DNA of 64,000 bases from Octopus vulgaris. Taxonomy: Eukaryota. A model generated the notes under the pieces. It ran no database searches. It saw nothing but the letters and a program-made list of their open reading frames with translations, and was not told the origin of the DNA. Shown here piece by piece: positions 26,571 through 41,015 of the stretch. Numbering within the stretch: the stretch's first letter is position 1; every line of letters begins with the position of its first letter. The stretch lies in NCBI GenBank assembly GCA_951406725.2, contig OX597819.1:114204001-114268000 (forward strand), given 5' to 3'. The translations under genes and the position numbers were made by a program.

Positions 26571-27336
26571 ATATATATATATATATCCACATTCGCAAAC
26601 ATATGTTCCTCGGAATAGTATGATCAATTAAATTTTGGCTTCATTTTTATTATAAGAAACAACCTATTGAACTATTTTTTCTTTGTATAAATCAACACCT
26701 GTTGAGTTCCGAACAATGATCATGATAATGGTGATGATGATGATGACGATGGCAAAAATGATGATCATAATCATGATTACGATAATGATGATCATGATTA
26801 GAATAGTGTGGGTGATATTGATCTTGAGGAAGATAAATGATGATGATGGTGGTGTTGGTGGTGGTGGTAGTGGTGGTGGTGGTGGTGACCATGATGATAA
26901 AGATCATGACTGCTTGACCAAAGAACAGTTTTGTTGTTCTGCATACATCTCAGACGGTCCCACCTGACAATGCTTCAAAGTCAGAAGAGTTTATCGTGAA
27001 ACTGGCAGTGCTCCTCAGTAGCAATCTCAGGCAAAGGATTTCTGGAAGTTATCCATGGTAGTACTGGACCTGAAAAGTCCACTGAAATGGACCAACTAGT
27101 TCATCCTCATCAACCCCTAGAGTTTTCCTCATAATGTCATTGCTCTTACCCACCACTAGATTTCTCTATATTGCTACTGAAGAACTTCCACTGACTATAT
27201 TGTTCAACTGGTAGACAACAGTGAGCATCTAATGACAAAATGATTTCAAATTTTGGCACAAGCCCAGCAATTTCAGGGCATGAGATAAGTTGATTACATT
27301 CAGCCAAGTGCTGAACGAATACTTATTTTATTCACG

Positions 27337-27910
<574 letters not shown>

Positions 27911-28039
27911 ACCAAAAATTTAGATTCAGATAAATATGGTACTTAAGTTGAGGCACCAGAATTTAGTATAGTATTATCCATACAATTTCAAAATAAGTTG
28001 ATTAAAATCAAAATAAGCAACAAGGATATCCAGAGGTAA

Positions 28040-28126
28040 TGCAGTACGATCATTTCATGCAACTCCATTTAATTGAACAATGCAATCATTATATGAATTT
28101 AAAATGCAGAGCAATCTTCAGCTGCA
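28040..28126 (-). ncRNA. Type I hammerhead-ribozyme-like motif (left arm)
   Basis: Minus strand: stem I UGCAG/CUGCA, core CUGAAGA, long imperfect stem II, GAAA, near-palindromic stem III AUGAUCGU, GUA cleavage triplet. Confidence 0.55.
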
Positions 28127-28483
28127 CAGAGACATAGAATTTAATTAGATTAGAACAGATGGACACATTAGTATAATTATACCTAATTATACCTAAAATA
28201 TTCAAGAAGTTAAGGAGACAGACAAAGAACATGTTGTACTTACAACAGCATAGTCGTAACTAAAATTTTCAAGGAGACACTGCCTGTCACTGACTTTTTG
28301 TTTTTTTTATGGGGTCAGTTTTAATTTATAGACTAGTTTATCAAATCCCTTGTATATTTTAGTTATGACTATGCTGTTGTAGGTACAACATGTTCTTTGT
28401 CTATCTCCTTAACTTCTTGCAGATTTTAGGTATAATTATACTAATGTGTCCATCTGTTCTAATTTAATTAAATTCTATGTTTG

Positions 28484-28570
28484 TGTAGCTGAAGATTGCT
28501 CTACATTTTAAATTCATGTATTGATTGCATTGTTCAATTAAATGGAGTTGCATGAAATGCTCATACTGCA
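28484..28570 (+). ncRNA. Type I hammerhead-ribozyme-like motif (right arm)
   Basis: TGTAG-CTGAAGA-TTGCTCTACATTTTAA...TTAAATGGAGTTGCAT-GAAA-TGCTCA-TA-CTGCA. Confidence 0.5.
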
Positions 28571-28993
28571 TTACCTCTGGTTATTTTGATATATGTGTGT
28601 GTGTGTGTGTTTGTGTGTGTGTATCATCATCATCATCATCATCATTATCTTCATCATTGGTTTACATCCTCCTGTGCTATATATACTTATACATGTAGCA
28701 TACACACACATACAAACACCATATTAATGATTAATTTCATTAGTTTTGCTCCAGTTTTCTTCAGTTAACACAACAGTTGAACAGGCAGAAATTAAGGAGA
28801 ATGGTGAGTGTGTGACTAACTGACATGGACTCTCTCTCTCTCTCTCCTCTGTCCTCCCCACTGTCTACCGTTGTTAGTCAGTAAGGCACAAAGTTAGCCT
28901 CAGCAGAATTTGAACTCAGAACATAAAAGTGGGTGAAATGCTTCTGAACATTTTGTCTGGTGTGCTAATAATTATGCTAACTTGATGCCTATA

Positions 28994-29311
28994 CAGTAAT
29001 CCCTTGATTATTGTGGGTGTTACATTCCAAAAACCCCTGCAATAGGTGAAAATCCGTGAAGTAGAAACAGTAGTGTACTCTCTCTCTCTTTTACTCTTTT
29101 ACTTGTTTCAGTCATTTGACTGTGGCCATGCTGGAGCACCGCCTTTAGTCGAGCAAATTAATCCCAGGACTTATTCTTTGTAAGCCTAGTACTTATTCTA
29201 TCGGTCTCTTTTGCTGAACTGCTAAGTTACGGGGACGTAAACACACCAGTATCAGTTGTCAAGCAATGCTGGGGGGACAAACACAGACACACAAACATAT
29301 ACACACGCACA

Positions 29312-29344
<33 letters not shown>

Positions 29345-29669
29345 GTATATAAATATATATATATACATACACACATATATACGACGGGCTTCTTTCAGTT
29401 TCCATCTACCAAATCCACTCAAGGCTTTGGTTGGCCTGAGGCTATAGTAGATACTTGCCCAAGGTGCCACGCAGTGGGACTGAACCTGGAACCATGTTGT
29501 TGGTAAGCAAGCTACTTACCACACAGCCACTCCTACGCCTGTATATTTTTTATTCTGATAATTTCTATATATTTATATTATTATAAATACTAAACCACAC
29601 CACAGAGGAATCGACGTAAGCTTAAGAAAAATTGCACCAAGTGAACCACAATATGGCGAGGGATTACTC
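28994..29669. mobile_element. Tigger/pogo-derived MITE interrupted by a CORE-type SINE (~29078-29541, -)
   Basis: TA-CAGTAATCCCTTG ... CGAGGGATTACTC-TA; the left end matches the terminus of the Tigger relic at 62464. Confidence 0.85.
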
Positions 29670-31163
29670 TATGACAAAATATTGCCAACATAACCATACT
29701 GTAGCAAACAACGATGACTGAAATTATATTTTAACAAATTTATAACAACCGTGATCATTGCCAGTGCCATCTGACTGCCTCCTGTGCCAGTGGCACATAA
29801 AAAGCACCATTCGAGTGTGGTCAATGCCAGTGCCACCTGACTGGCTCCCATGCCGATGGCATGTAAAAAGCACCATTCAAGCGTGGTTGATGCCAGTACT
29901 GCCTGACTGGCCTTTGTGCCAGTGGTACGAAAAGCACCCACTACACTCTCGGAGTGGTTGGAATTAGGAAGGGTATCTGGCTGTAGAAACTTTACCAAAT
30001 CAGATTGAAGCTTGGTTTAGCCTTCTGGTTTGCCAGCACTAAGTCAAACCGTCCAACCCATGCCAGCATGGAAAGCGGACGTTAAACGGCGATGGTGATA
30101 ATGAAGGTAATGAAGCAATAACACAGCAGTTATAACGACAGTGACAACACAACTGCAGAACAGCAAAGAGTAACAAGTGAGATAATAACACTGATGTGTC
30201 ATGAGCAATACTGTTTATATTTTAATTGATTATGTAAAAACTGAGTGTGATCTGTTTGTAAACTTTTCTCATTGATTCTTTATTCCCAGACAGCATAACA
30301 CTACTGTTGTCAATATATTGATTTTTGGTTTTCACATGACTTGACGTGAAAATTTATTTTTAATTAGAGAGGAAGTAAAAGTGAATTGAACCAATCATTG
30401 TTGTATGATTGATATTTTCCCATTGATCCCACCATCACCACTTCCACCACCAAAGGTGAACCAATGAAGGAGTCTCTACGCCAGCGGTTCTCAACCACAG
30501 CTCCCAGGGGTGCGCATGCAGCCCTCAAGCATCCTTCCGGTGGCTCTTGATGATCTTCCCTCTATAAATATTATGAATTTTTCTTTGACTTATGTTTTAC
30601 TTTTTTTTTATATGAGCCCCCTAAAAAGTTCAGGTTTTAAATCTGGCCCAGATATTAAAAAAGTGAACTACTGCTCCATGCAATTGCTTGACCTGCAGAA
30701 ATTAGCAGCCAAATCTCTTTTAGATGTTATTCTCACATGTGTTACCTCACAGGATACACCACTGCACGTTGGAGGGTGCAATGTGGTCCTCAGCTGGCAG
30801 AGGTATGGTGCATATGGAAGAAGTGACCTCTGGGATCACACTTGGTCATTTGACCAACTGCCTACTTGTCAAATAAACCTACTTGATCAGAAATGATGAC
30901 AACAACAATCACTAACAACAAACAGAGGTTAAGAAGTTCATTTTTGCAACCATGCAACCACACCAAAGGGTCAGACTCAGTTTTACTATAGCTCTGGGAT
31001 GACCAATGCCTTGCTGTGAATTTGGCTGATGGTAATTGTATGGAAGCTTATTATGTCTATGTATGTTTGTATGTATGTGTATGTATGTGTGTGTATGTAT
31101 ATATATATATATATATATAAATATATATGTATATATATATATGTATATATATATATATGTATA

Positions 31164-31199
<36 letters not shown>

Positions 31200-31203
<4 letters not shown>

Positions 31204-31458
31204 AGAAGGGGATCGACACTTTTGAGAGAGCACGTATCCAGCATGAAGAACTTAAGCGAGCTGTGCGAAAGCGCATGGCTCGTATAGTGAATGGGGAAAG
31301 CTTGGTCTGCAATGTTTGCAGTCATGTATGCTTGTCAAGAGCAGGGCTCATTAGCCACCAACGGAGCTGCAAATGCAAAATATAAGTTAGTCCTAGAGCG
31401 CACAATGTTCCTGAAGGTTGGCAGTGGTCTTCCTCGGTCACGAGTGGACGGCCATCAT
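31200..31458 (+). mobile_element. RTE (BovB-like) LINE 3' end within (TA)n
   Basis: C-terminal peptide [23 protein letters not shown] (RTE Cys/His motif), stop, short 3' UTR GTCTTCCTCGGTCACGAGTGGACGGCCATCAT. Confidence 0.8.
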
Positions 31459-32295
31459 ATATATATATATATGTATGTATGTATTAAAGAGATCTGTTGT
31501 GTAAGGCCAAAACAATGCGAGAAAGTTCAAAGTAAACTACAAAAGGAAAACAAAACGAAACAAAGTTGCAGTTTTACCTTGTATTTCTCTTTCTCTCTCT
31601 CTCTCCCTACTACCTACACACACACACAAGTATGTATGCATACGTGTGTGTGTGTGTGTGTGTCTTTGTGTTTGTCCCTTTCTTCTTCACAAAAGAGTCT
31701 AAAAGAATGAATATCAGGTTTTAAAATAAGTCCTGGGGTCGATTTATTCAGCTAAACCCTCCAAAGTAGTACCCCAGCATGGCCACAGTCAATGACTGAA
31801 ACAATTAAAAAATATAAAAGATAACAACGACAGCAATCACTAATCTGGGGCCGTGAAACCTGGGGACATGGTGAAGTAGCAAAGTCATTAGAGTGTCAGA
31901 TGGAATGCCTTGTTGTCTTTCCTATCCTTTTGTGATTGATGAAAAGGTATCACTCCAGAGTGGGGGATTGCTAGAAATGTGAGAATGTCAGATTTGATGC
32001 CTAGCCATATTTGTCTTGGCTCTTTGAATTCCGAGTTCAAATCCCATCATAGCCTATTTAGGTGGTAGACTTTAATCCCATTAATCCGTCATCCATTTTA
32101 ATCCATCACTACTACCTGATACTTCGAATACCTTTAGTGGAGTCCACTTTGTTGTAAACATTTAGACCAGGTCTTTGGTTTGAGAACAACCTCCTCTCTC
32201 CTTCCTACCAATCTCAGAGGCCCTGTAAAAGGTCATAGGTACTGTCTTCCCTCAGAACTAAAAAGGGTAAAAGAAAAATTAAAGGAATAGTAAAA

Positions 32296-32615
32296 TTTAC
32301 AAAGTCAGAAAACAGCACAGCTCCCATGGCTTTCGGAAACATTTCTTCACGCTGAGAGTTGCTGAAGCATGGAACAAACTGCCAGCATCAGTTGTTAGTT
32401 GTCGGAGCACTGCATCCTTCAAAACTTCCATGCTTCCTGAGATTCGCCAACACTACACCTGATTTTCTCCCCTCCATATACCCGCAAGCATGTATCTGAC
32501 TCATTCACTGTTCACTTCCCAGACATTTGTACATTACTGCATACACTTTATACGCACTTTTGACAAGTTGTGGTGCACCTGAGCACTGTATACAATAATT
32601 TCATTATTACTATTA
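32296..32615 (+). mobile_element. CR1/L2-group LINE 3' end with terminal stem-loop and (ATT)n tail
   Basis: FRKHFFTLRVAEAWNKLP peptide; tail GTGGTGCACCTGAGCACTGTATACAATAATTTCATTATT, also at ~3600, 23070, 36775(-), 37370 and 49600(-). Confidence 0.85.
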
Positions 32616-33001
32616 TTTAAAACACAGTGAGATTTGAACTAAAAACCATAAGGAAGAACATTAGATACTGGGAGGTATTTAGCCTCAACAAAATCTAGCA
32701 TCTGGGTCCTCTGCCATCTGTACTGTCTTCTGAGTAATATTGATTCTGTGTCTAGGTTCATATCCTAAGAACAACAGCCGGTCAAGTTGGTAGGGCCAGC
32801 TGTTGGTCAGTAAAATCAGTGTTCATACACCATCACCAGGGCCATTTTGTGTCTCTGTCTAAGACATTTTATTCCTTTTAACCAGATGTTCCTTCTCTGA
32901 TGAAGGACTCAACCCTAAATTTTTTGTATTTCATCTCTTCTTGGTACTCTAATATATTTCAGTTCTTGCTTCAGTTTTGTTTCATTATCCTAGTTTAAAT
33001 A

Positions 33002-34323
33002 CTAGCTGAAGGTGACCCGCTCTACGCGCGGGTAAGAGTGTGGTTGTTACTTTCTGTTGCTTCTTTTCAGCATGTAAAAAGCACCATCCGAACGTGACCG
33101 ATTGCAACGCCGCCTTGACTTGCTTCTGTGCCGGTGGCACGTAAAAAGCACCAACCGATCGTTGCAGCTGCGAGCACCCCTGGCACCTGTGCCAGCGGCA
33201 CGAAAACAGCACCCACTACACTCACAGAGTGGTTGGCGTTAGGAAGGTCATCCACCTGTAGAAACACTGCCAGATCAGACTGGATCCTGGTGCAGCCTCC
33301 TGGCTTCCCAGACCCCGGTCACACTGTCCAACCCGTGCTAGCACGGAAAACGGACGTTAAACGATGATGATGATGATGATTCTTCGTATTTGTTTCTCTC
33401 TCCTTTCTCTCTCACTTTCCCACTCTCTTACTTTTCTTTTCTCTCAGACTCTCCCTCGCTTTCTCTTACTCTCTATCTTTATCTATCTCTCTCCCATTTA
33501 TAAACAACAGAAGATCTTGTGTAAGTTGAGAAATAAAATATTTAGAAAGATCAATCAGAAATATGAGGCAGTGGCAATGGAAAGGTCTGCTTCAAGGCAG
33601 ACAGCAAAACGCTAACATTTAAAAGGGACAGACGAACTTGTGAGCTGAATAAAAATAATAAAATATTGGAAACCAAAGTTTGAAGGGATAGAATCTGAGG
33701 ATAGTAGAGTCACCATGGCTGGCTTTTCTTAACGACGGACAACAACGTATTGACAGTTTAACGGCTGGCGTAAAATTTTGAACTTGATGTAAAAGAAAAT
33801 TCGTAAACACCAAGTTTTGAAGTGATTCTTTCTCACGACAGTAGACTCACCCTGGCAAGCATTCAAAACTTCTTTATCATGGACGGCAACACATTGACGA
33901 TTAAAAGGGTGGCGCAAATTTTTTAGCTTGATGTAACAGAGAATTCCTAAACACCCGCTCCTTGAAATTTTAATCCCCTTCCAGCCCCATTTAGACCCCT
34001 TTTCACATTTTGGTTAATATAACCCGATTTCATTCGGGTCTACTGGGGCCACATTTTATAAGATGAGGAATTTTGTCCTAGAGGTGACGCCTTTCATTTG
34101 AGGAAAAAAATAGGTGTGCATATTTTCAGCTGAATCGACCGACTACGTAATGCACACATTATATATATATATGTGTATATAATTAATTAATAAGGGTGAG
34201 CTAACAATCGTACTGACTTTCATGGGAAACATGTATTTTTGTGGTTGAAACCTTTTGGATTAACTGGTGCTAGAGTGAGCCATATAGTGACCACTCTCTT
34301 ATATTTATTTTATATTATATGTG

Positions 34324-34368
<45 letters not shown>

Positions 34369-35288
34369 ACGCATTATATATACAAATGTATACAAATGAG
34401 ATATATATCTGTATAAATTAAATTAGAGATAAAACTACTAATAGGCAAATCAAACAGTGAAAAACCAAAAACAAAAACATTACAAAAAATATATAATATA
34501 GAAAATATAGAAAATATAAAATTGAAAAATTTTAATTATTTAAATTGAAAATAAAAATTATTAAATTATATTTATAATTTGTTTAAAAATATATATAACT
34601 ATGAAAAAGTTTAATATACATAAATAAAGATATATACACTTTGTATATATACATTATATAGACATATTTATATATAGAACACACACACACACATACATTA
34701 TATATACATATTTATATATAGAACACACACACACACATACATTATATATACATATTTATATATAGAACACACACACACACATACATTATATATACATATT
34801 TATATATAGAACACACACACACACACATACATTATATATACATATTTATATATAGAACACACACACACACACACACATATAAATGAACGCAAGAATATCT
34901 GATTCATAATATTTGTTCTCATGATTGTGTGTTGTTGGTAGCGATGATAATTCTCCCTATAAATGCAAACAGATACATCAAAGAAAGCCGCCTGACGAAC
35001 TTATAAAGGGAAAGTGAAAGGGAGTTGAGGGGAATACATTAAATAACGGGAGTGACATTCTCAAAGTTATTAATGAAGGGGAGTAAGAGAGGGAAAGGAG
35101 GAAATAGCATGAGTGAGGAAGTTGGCCCCTAGCAACCACACCTTTTAAGCTAGGGATTTCTAAGGTAGCCCACGAGCATCGTCACCTCATTCTACATGTC
35201 CCTGTAAATTTTGGAGCGAATCGGACGGGATGTAGTGGCATTGAAAGCGATCCAAGCGGTAAAAACGCATTTCAGTTTTACATATAGA
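33002..35288 (-). mobile_element. Composite non-autonomous Helitron(s) with nested insertions
   Basis: Minus-strand 3' end: hairpin ACCCGC-N7-GCGGGT then CTAG|T at 33002; 5' TCTATATGTAAAA at 35288; internal ~137-bp duplicated unit (33700-33960); RTE-3'UTR insert at 33069-33380. Confidence 0.6.
34650..34880. repeat. ~44-bp minisatellite, 5 units
   Basis: ACATTATATATACATATTTATATATAGAACACACACACACACAT repeated. Confidence 0.9.
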
Positions 35289-38101
35289 TATATATATATA
35301 TACGATGGGCTTCTTTCAGTTTCCATCTACTAAATCCACTCACAAGGCTTTGGTTGGCCCGAAGCTATAGTAGAAGACACTTGCCCAAGGTGCCACACAG
35401 TGGGACTGAACCCAGAACCATGTGGTTGGTAAGCAAGCTACTTACCACGGAGCCACTCCTGCGCCTAGTTATAAATTTATTGTTGTTTAACCTCAGGTTA
35501 ACAATGATCCAGTAGATCTATGATCAACAACATTCCAACAGTAACCAGCTTACCATTTATAATAAAACTGGCAAAGTCAGAGGTGGAAGACATGTGTCCA
35601 TGTCGCTTTACAGGGTCTTCAAGAAAAGAGTAAGCTATTTTCAGACCAGACACCTGACCCAAATGCCTGTAACAGAAGGGCTTCCACTAAAAGAATCCAG
35701 AACCAGATGGTAATATTTAACCAGGTGACTGTGTACCTGAATGTGTCCTTTCTTTTGTGGTGTTACCTTGTGTGGGTTTGTCTTCATTCTCTCTGAACTG
35801 GATTGAGTACCACCAATTTAAATATAAATAAATGAAAGCATCTTTACATGTTCATGCAACCTGCAAGAAATAGTAACTAAATCTCTCTTGAATTTCACAC
35901 TATTGTCTTAAAACACAAAGGGCATATGGATAATGCTGTCCTAGATATACTATATCTGGGGTAAAAGGCCAGTTGCTATAGCTGGAATGTCTTTCATCAT
36001 AGGTCTGTTGGATCAGAGCTGACCTAGGGTTAAACAACAACTAATTATTTATCCTATTTGATGTCATATAAAGTCACAATTCAGCTCCCTAAATAGCATG
36101 TCTGGTTGAAGGTACCAGCAATTCGGGCAATCACCTCAGCAGTCACATGCTTGGGGGCACCATGTCATGTTTGAGTGCTTCGAAACAAAATGGGGAAATG
36201 AAAAGAAATAAAGACTTTATGTCTGTATATAATAATTGTAATAAACATTTTATCCAAACATTTACAGATATTTTTTCCTCCTTGTGAAAATTTTGAAAAG
36301 AATATACTGTTAAGAACATTGAAATACAGCTTTCCTAGGGCATCAGCAACCCTAAATACAGCCTTGCCTAGTATCACATGTTACACAAGAAGTTGTTATT
36401 GCTGTAACCCCTCAATTACAGCGCACTACATCTATTTTAGCTGTCAAAAACTGGCTACCTTTTCTGACTGAGAGTAGTTTCTCTCATATTACCCTCTAGT
36501 TATCAATTTATATATTATTTTTATTTCATATGTATCAGTCAGGGTTGTGCTGCCTAGGTAGGCAGTGCCTACCTTGAATAAAATAGATCGCTGGAAACAT
36601 TTTCCCCTTATGGCAAAATATGCACCTAATTTAGTAAAATTATGAAGGTTACTCTGATCAGTATGCATAAAATTCAAAGTATTTTATTTTTTTGTAGGAA
36701 ATTTATGCTTTTCAGTTAAATATGCTGCCCTTAAAAATTGTTTTAGCTGATTATGTATAATAGTATAATAATAATGAAATTATTGTATACAGTGCTCAGG
36801 TGCACCACAACTTGTCAAAAAGTGCGTATAAAGTATATACAGTAATGTACAAATGTCTGGAAAGCAAAGAGTGTATGTGTATATACCTGTGAAGGTACAC
36901 GGCTTAGTGGATAGGGTATTCAGCTCATGATCGTAGGGTCATGAGTTCAATTCCTGGCAGCACATTGAATCCTTAAGCAAGACATTTTATTTCACATTCC
37001 TCCATTCCACTCAGCTGGTAAAAATGAGTAGTACCTGTATTTCAAGGGGCCAGCCTTGTCATACTCTGTGTCATGCTGAATCTCCCTGAGAAGTATGTGA
37101 AGGGGTATGCATGTCTGTGGAGTACTCAGCCACTTGCACGAAAATCTCACAAGCAAGCTGTTCCATTGATCGGATCAACTAGAACCCTCGTCATCATATA
37201 CCTGCATCAGCAGTTGGCTGTCAGGAGACTGCACCCTTCAAAACTTCTGTGTTTCCTGAAATTTGCCAACGGTACACTTGATATTGCTCCCCAATTTTTT
37301 ACCAACTCATTCACTGTTCACTTCCTGTACATTATTCTACTTACTTTTCCTGTATGTTTAGCTTCTTTTTCTGATGAGCTGTAGTGTGCCTGAGCTCTGG
37401 ATACAATAAGTTCATTATTGTTATACATGCATCAAAATCGATCAAAAAATCAATGGAAATTGTAGTTGTGATACCAGTGCCGGTGGCACGTAAAAAGCCA
37501 GCGCCACCTCGACTGGCCTCCGTGCCAGTGGCACGTAAAAAGCACCAACCGATCGTGACCATTGCCAGCCTCGCCTGGCACCTGTGCCAGTGGCACGTGA
37601 AAAGCACCAACTACACTCACAGAGTAGTTGACATTAGGAAGGGCATCCAGCTGTAGAAACACTGCCAGATCAGACTGGAGCCTGGTGCAGCCTCCTGGCT
37701 TCCCAGACCCCGGTTGAACCGTCCATTATGATGATGATGATGATGATGCACATTAGTCCCACTTGGGTTCACTGCAATGTGATAACATGTTGGATTTCAA
37801 TGATCCTTTATTAATTGAGTTCTTAATTAATGTGTAGCTGAGTTTGTTTTTTTTTCATGTTTATAGATTAATTCCCTAGAAGAATAAGGATATGCAGATG
37901 CCCAATGTAATTATCAGGTGTGAAAGCCAATCAAAATATTTTGAGGCTAATTAACAGTTTTGAAGCTAATCAACAACAGCTACAAGTATCCCCCTTCCTT
38001 TGTGATTAATTAATCTAAAGCTGACTTGATATTATATTCATATAACCTATATTTGTTTGCTTTGTTTTTAAGACATTTATGTAAACTATAACAAAATTAT
38101 T

Positions 38102-38152
<51 letters not shown>

Positions 38153-38294
38153 ATCCACACACATATCTACATACATATTAATTTGATGGAGACAGATCAG
38201 TGCAAAACACACCACTTATGGCTTGACAGCATGACACAAACCAACAGATAAAACAACCCAGACAATTAGCCATACATCTATATGCATACATACT

Positions 38295-38325
<31 letters not shown>

Positions 38326-39268
38326 GTAGTTGATTGACAGAATCCTTACAGAGTAGTCAAATAAAATCCCCTTCCTCTTTTACCTCCTCCTCCTCATCAT
38401 CATCATCATCCTCATCATCGTCATTTTAGCATCTGCCTTTCCATGCTTGGACAGAATTTATTGAGGCAGGTTTTCTACAGCTGGATGTCCTTCATGTCAC
38501 CAACCTTCAAATGTTTCCAGGTATGATAATATTTCACCCATGCCTGGACGTATTTTCACAGAAAAATGGAAACAAACAATACATACACACACACACATCT
38601 ACTACCCCAAAAGCCACCCTAAGGGTGGACTCTTGGTCTATCTTCTGCAGAAGAGTATTGTGCCTTTGGCCTAAAATAAGATCATGAAATTAAAGAATCT
38701 ATAAAAATGAAAACAGAGGAGATAACATTAATTATTTGTTTGCATAAATAAAATCTTGTTAAAACTTCAACCAATCTTCTGGAACCTTAGTTCCACAAGT
38801 GACTGTGTGGTAAGAAGCTTGCTTCCCAACCACATTGTTCTGGGTTCAGTCCCATGCGTGGCATCTTGGGCAAGTGTTTTCTGCTATAGTCTCAGGATGA
38901 AAGAAGCCCGTCATATATATAAGTATGTATAGAGTGTTAGGTGTGGTTTACAGATATTGAATATTGAGAAAAAAGGGTTGCCAGAATTTTTGAAAAAAAT
39001 CTTTTTATTCATTATTATTAGCGCTTTTGTCAATAGAATTATATATATTTATGTGTGTGTGTCTGTATTTGTGCCTCTCCATCACTTTGACAACCAATGT
39101 TGGCGTGTTTATGTCCCTGTAACTCAGTGGTTCGGCAAAAGAGCTAATAGAATAAGGACTAGGCTTACAAAGAATAAGTCCTGGTGTCAATTTGGTTGAC
39201 TAAAGGTAGTGCTCCAGCATGGTCACAGTCAAATGACTGAAACAAATAAAAGAATATATATATGTATA

Positions 39269-39317
<49 letters not shown>

Positions 39318-39603
39318 TCATCATTGTTTAATGTCCGTTTTGCCGTGCTAGCACAGGTTGGACGGTTCAACCAGGGTCTAGGAAGCCAGGAGGCTGCACC
39401 AGGCTCCAGTTTGATCTGGCAGTGTTTCTACAGTTGGATGCCCTTCCTAACGCCAACCACTCCATGAGTGTAGCGGGTGCTTTTTATGTGCCACTGGCAC
39501 AGATGCCAGGGGAGGCCGGCAGTGGCCACGATTGGTTGGTGCTTTTACACGCCACCAGCACAGAAGCCAGTCAAGGTGGCACTGGCATCGGCCATGTTCT
39601 GAT

Positions 39604-39712
<109 letters not shown>

Positions 39713-40176
39713 CTGCATGTTTTTCCTAGAACTTACAACTAACTCTCGAAAACACACAAAAACCCCTCAAATTCACAGGTTTCTCTGTGGTAGTAAAAAC
39801 GCATAGAAGAGGAGGGGACTGATAGAAAGATAAGAGTGTTAAAGAAGAAACAGAGAAAGCAGGAAAGGGAGAGAGAGAGAGAGAGAGAGAAACATATGTG
39901 TATGTGAGAGAGTAAGAAAGAATGATTAGAGACAGGGTGAGAAGTAACACTATTTTGATGTCTATATGTTTTATATGTTTCAAGAACATTACTTCTCAGT
40001 GGAGAGGTCATGGTTCAGTGACAACCCAACCATAGAAACTGATAAAGAAATTAACTCACCTTTTAAGATGTGTGTGCATAAATATATATTTAGTTATATG
40101 TATATGCACACACACACACACATACGGTTATATATATATATATATCTTTATAGATCTATATCTCTATATGTATATA

Positions 40177-40216
<40 letters not shown>

Positions 40217-41015
40217 AAGTAAAACAAATTAAAGTCAATAAAATGCTAAATGTCAGGATAAATATCACTTTGTATTTGCTGATACGCAAATCTCCTCCCT
40301 TGCGTCTTCTCATCGTTATGCTTGCGATGCAACGATTCTACAGACAGTTCCTTGGAGATGAACTTGTTTGCTCTCCTCTCTAGTTTCTTCCTCCTTACAA
40401 GTAAAATTTCATTGAAACATATGATTGCAATTTAAAATGGTGTTTTGTTTGGAGATTATTTGTTAAGATCAACAAACCTCAGAGATTTAGCGGATTCCTA
40501 TACACACACGCGTAAAGTTTATGTATCAATTTATTTATCAATTGATCAAATGTTCAATGATGGATTGGTAGGTAGGTTGACAGAAATACAAGACATGAGA
40601 GAGAAAGCGAGAGGGAAGAAGAATGACATAGCTAACTAGAATTACATACACTTATATGTACAGCGGTGGACCAATGGACAGACAGACAGATATTGAAGAA
40701 GCATAAGGAAAAAATAAAGATAATGAAATATAGAGAGATTATGTATGTAAAGAATATATGTCTATAGGCATATATATGGCTGTGTGGTTAAGAAACTCTC
40801 TTTGTAGCTATGCTGTTTCAAGTTCAGTCCCACTCTATGGCACTTTGGACAAGTGTCTTCTACTATAGTTCCAGTCCAATCAATGCCTTGTCAGTGAACT
40901 GGGTAGATGGAAAGTGTGTGGAAGTCCAGTATAGTAGCTAAACCCTTTAAGGCAGTGTCCCTGCATGGTTGTATACCTCTGACTGGAAAAAGTTAAAGTT
41001 AAAAAGATACATATA

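Larger units (their letters stand above)
28026..28582. repeat. Fold-back with ~245-bp arms and ~75-bp spacer (probable Penelope-type pLTR pair)
   Basis: 28030-28275 is the reverse complement of 28349-28580 with scattered substitutions; each arm carries an HHR-like fold. Confidence 0.9.

Noticed and set aside
32890-32930. CTGATGAAGG as another hammerhead
   Set aside because: GAAA is absent (CCCTAAA) and no stems I or III can be drawn; at most a very decayed remnant.
37365-37420. CTGATGAG as a hammerhead core (also 49630 minus and 52968)
   Set aside because: Part of the CR1 3' tail stem-loop or of a Helitron; no correctly placed GAAA or stems.
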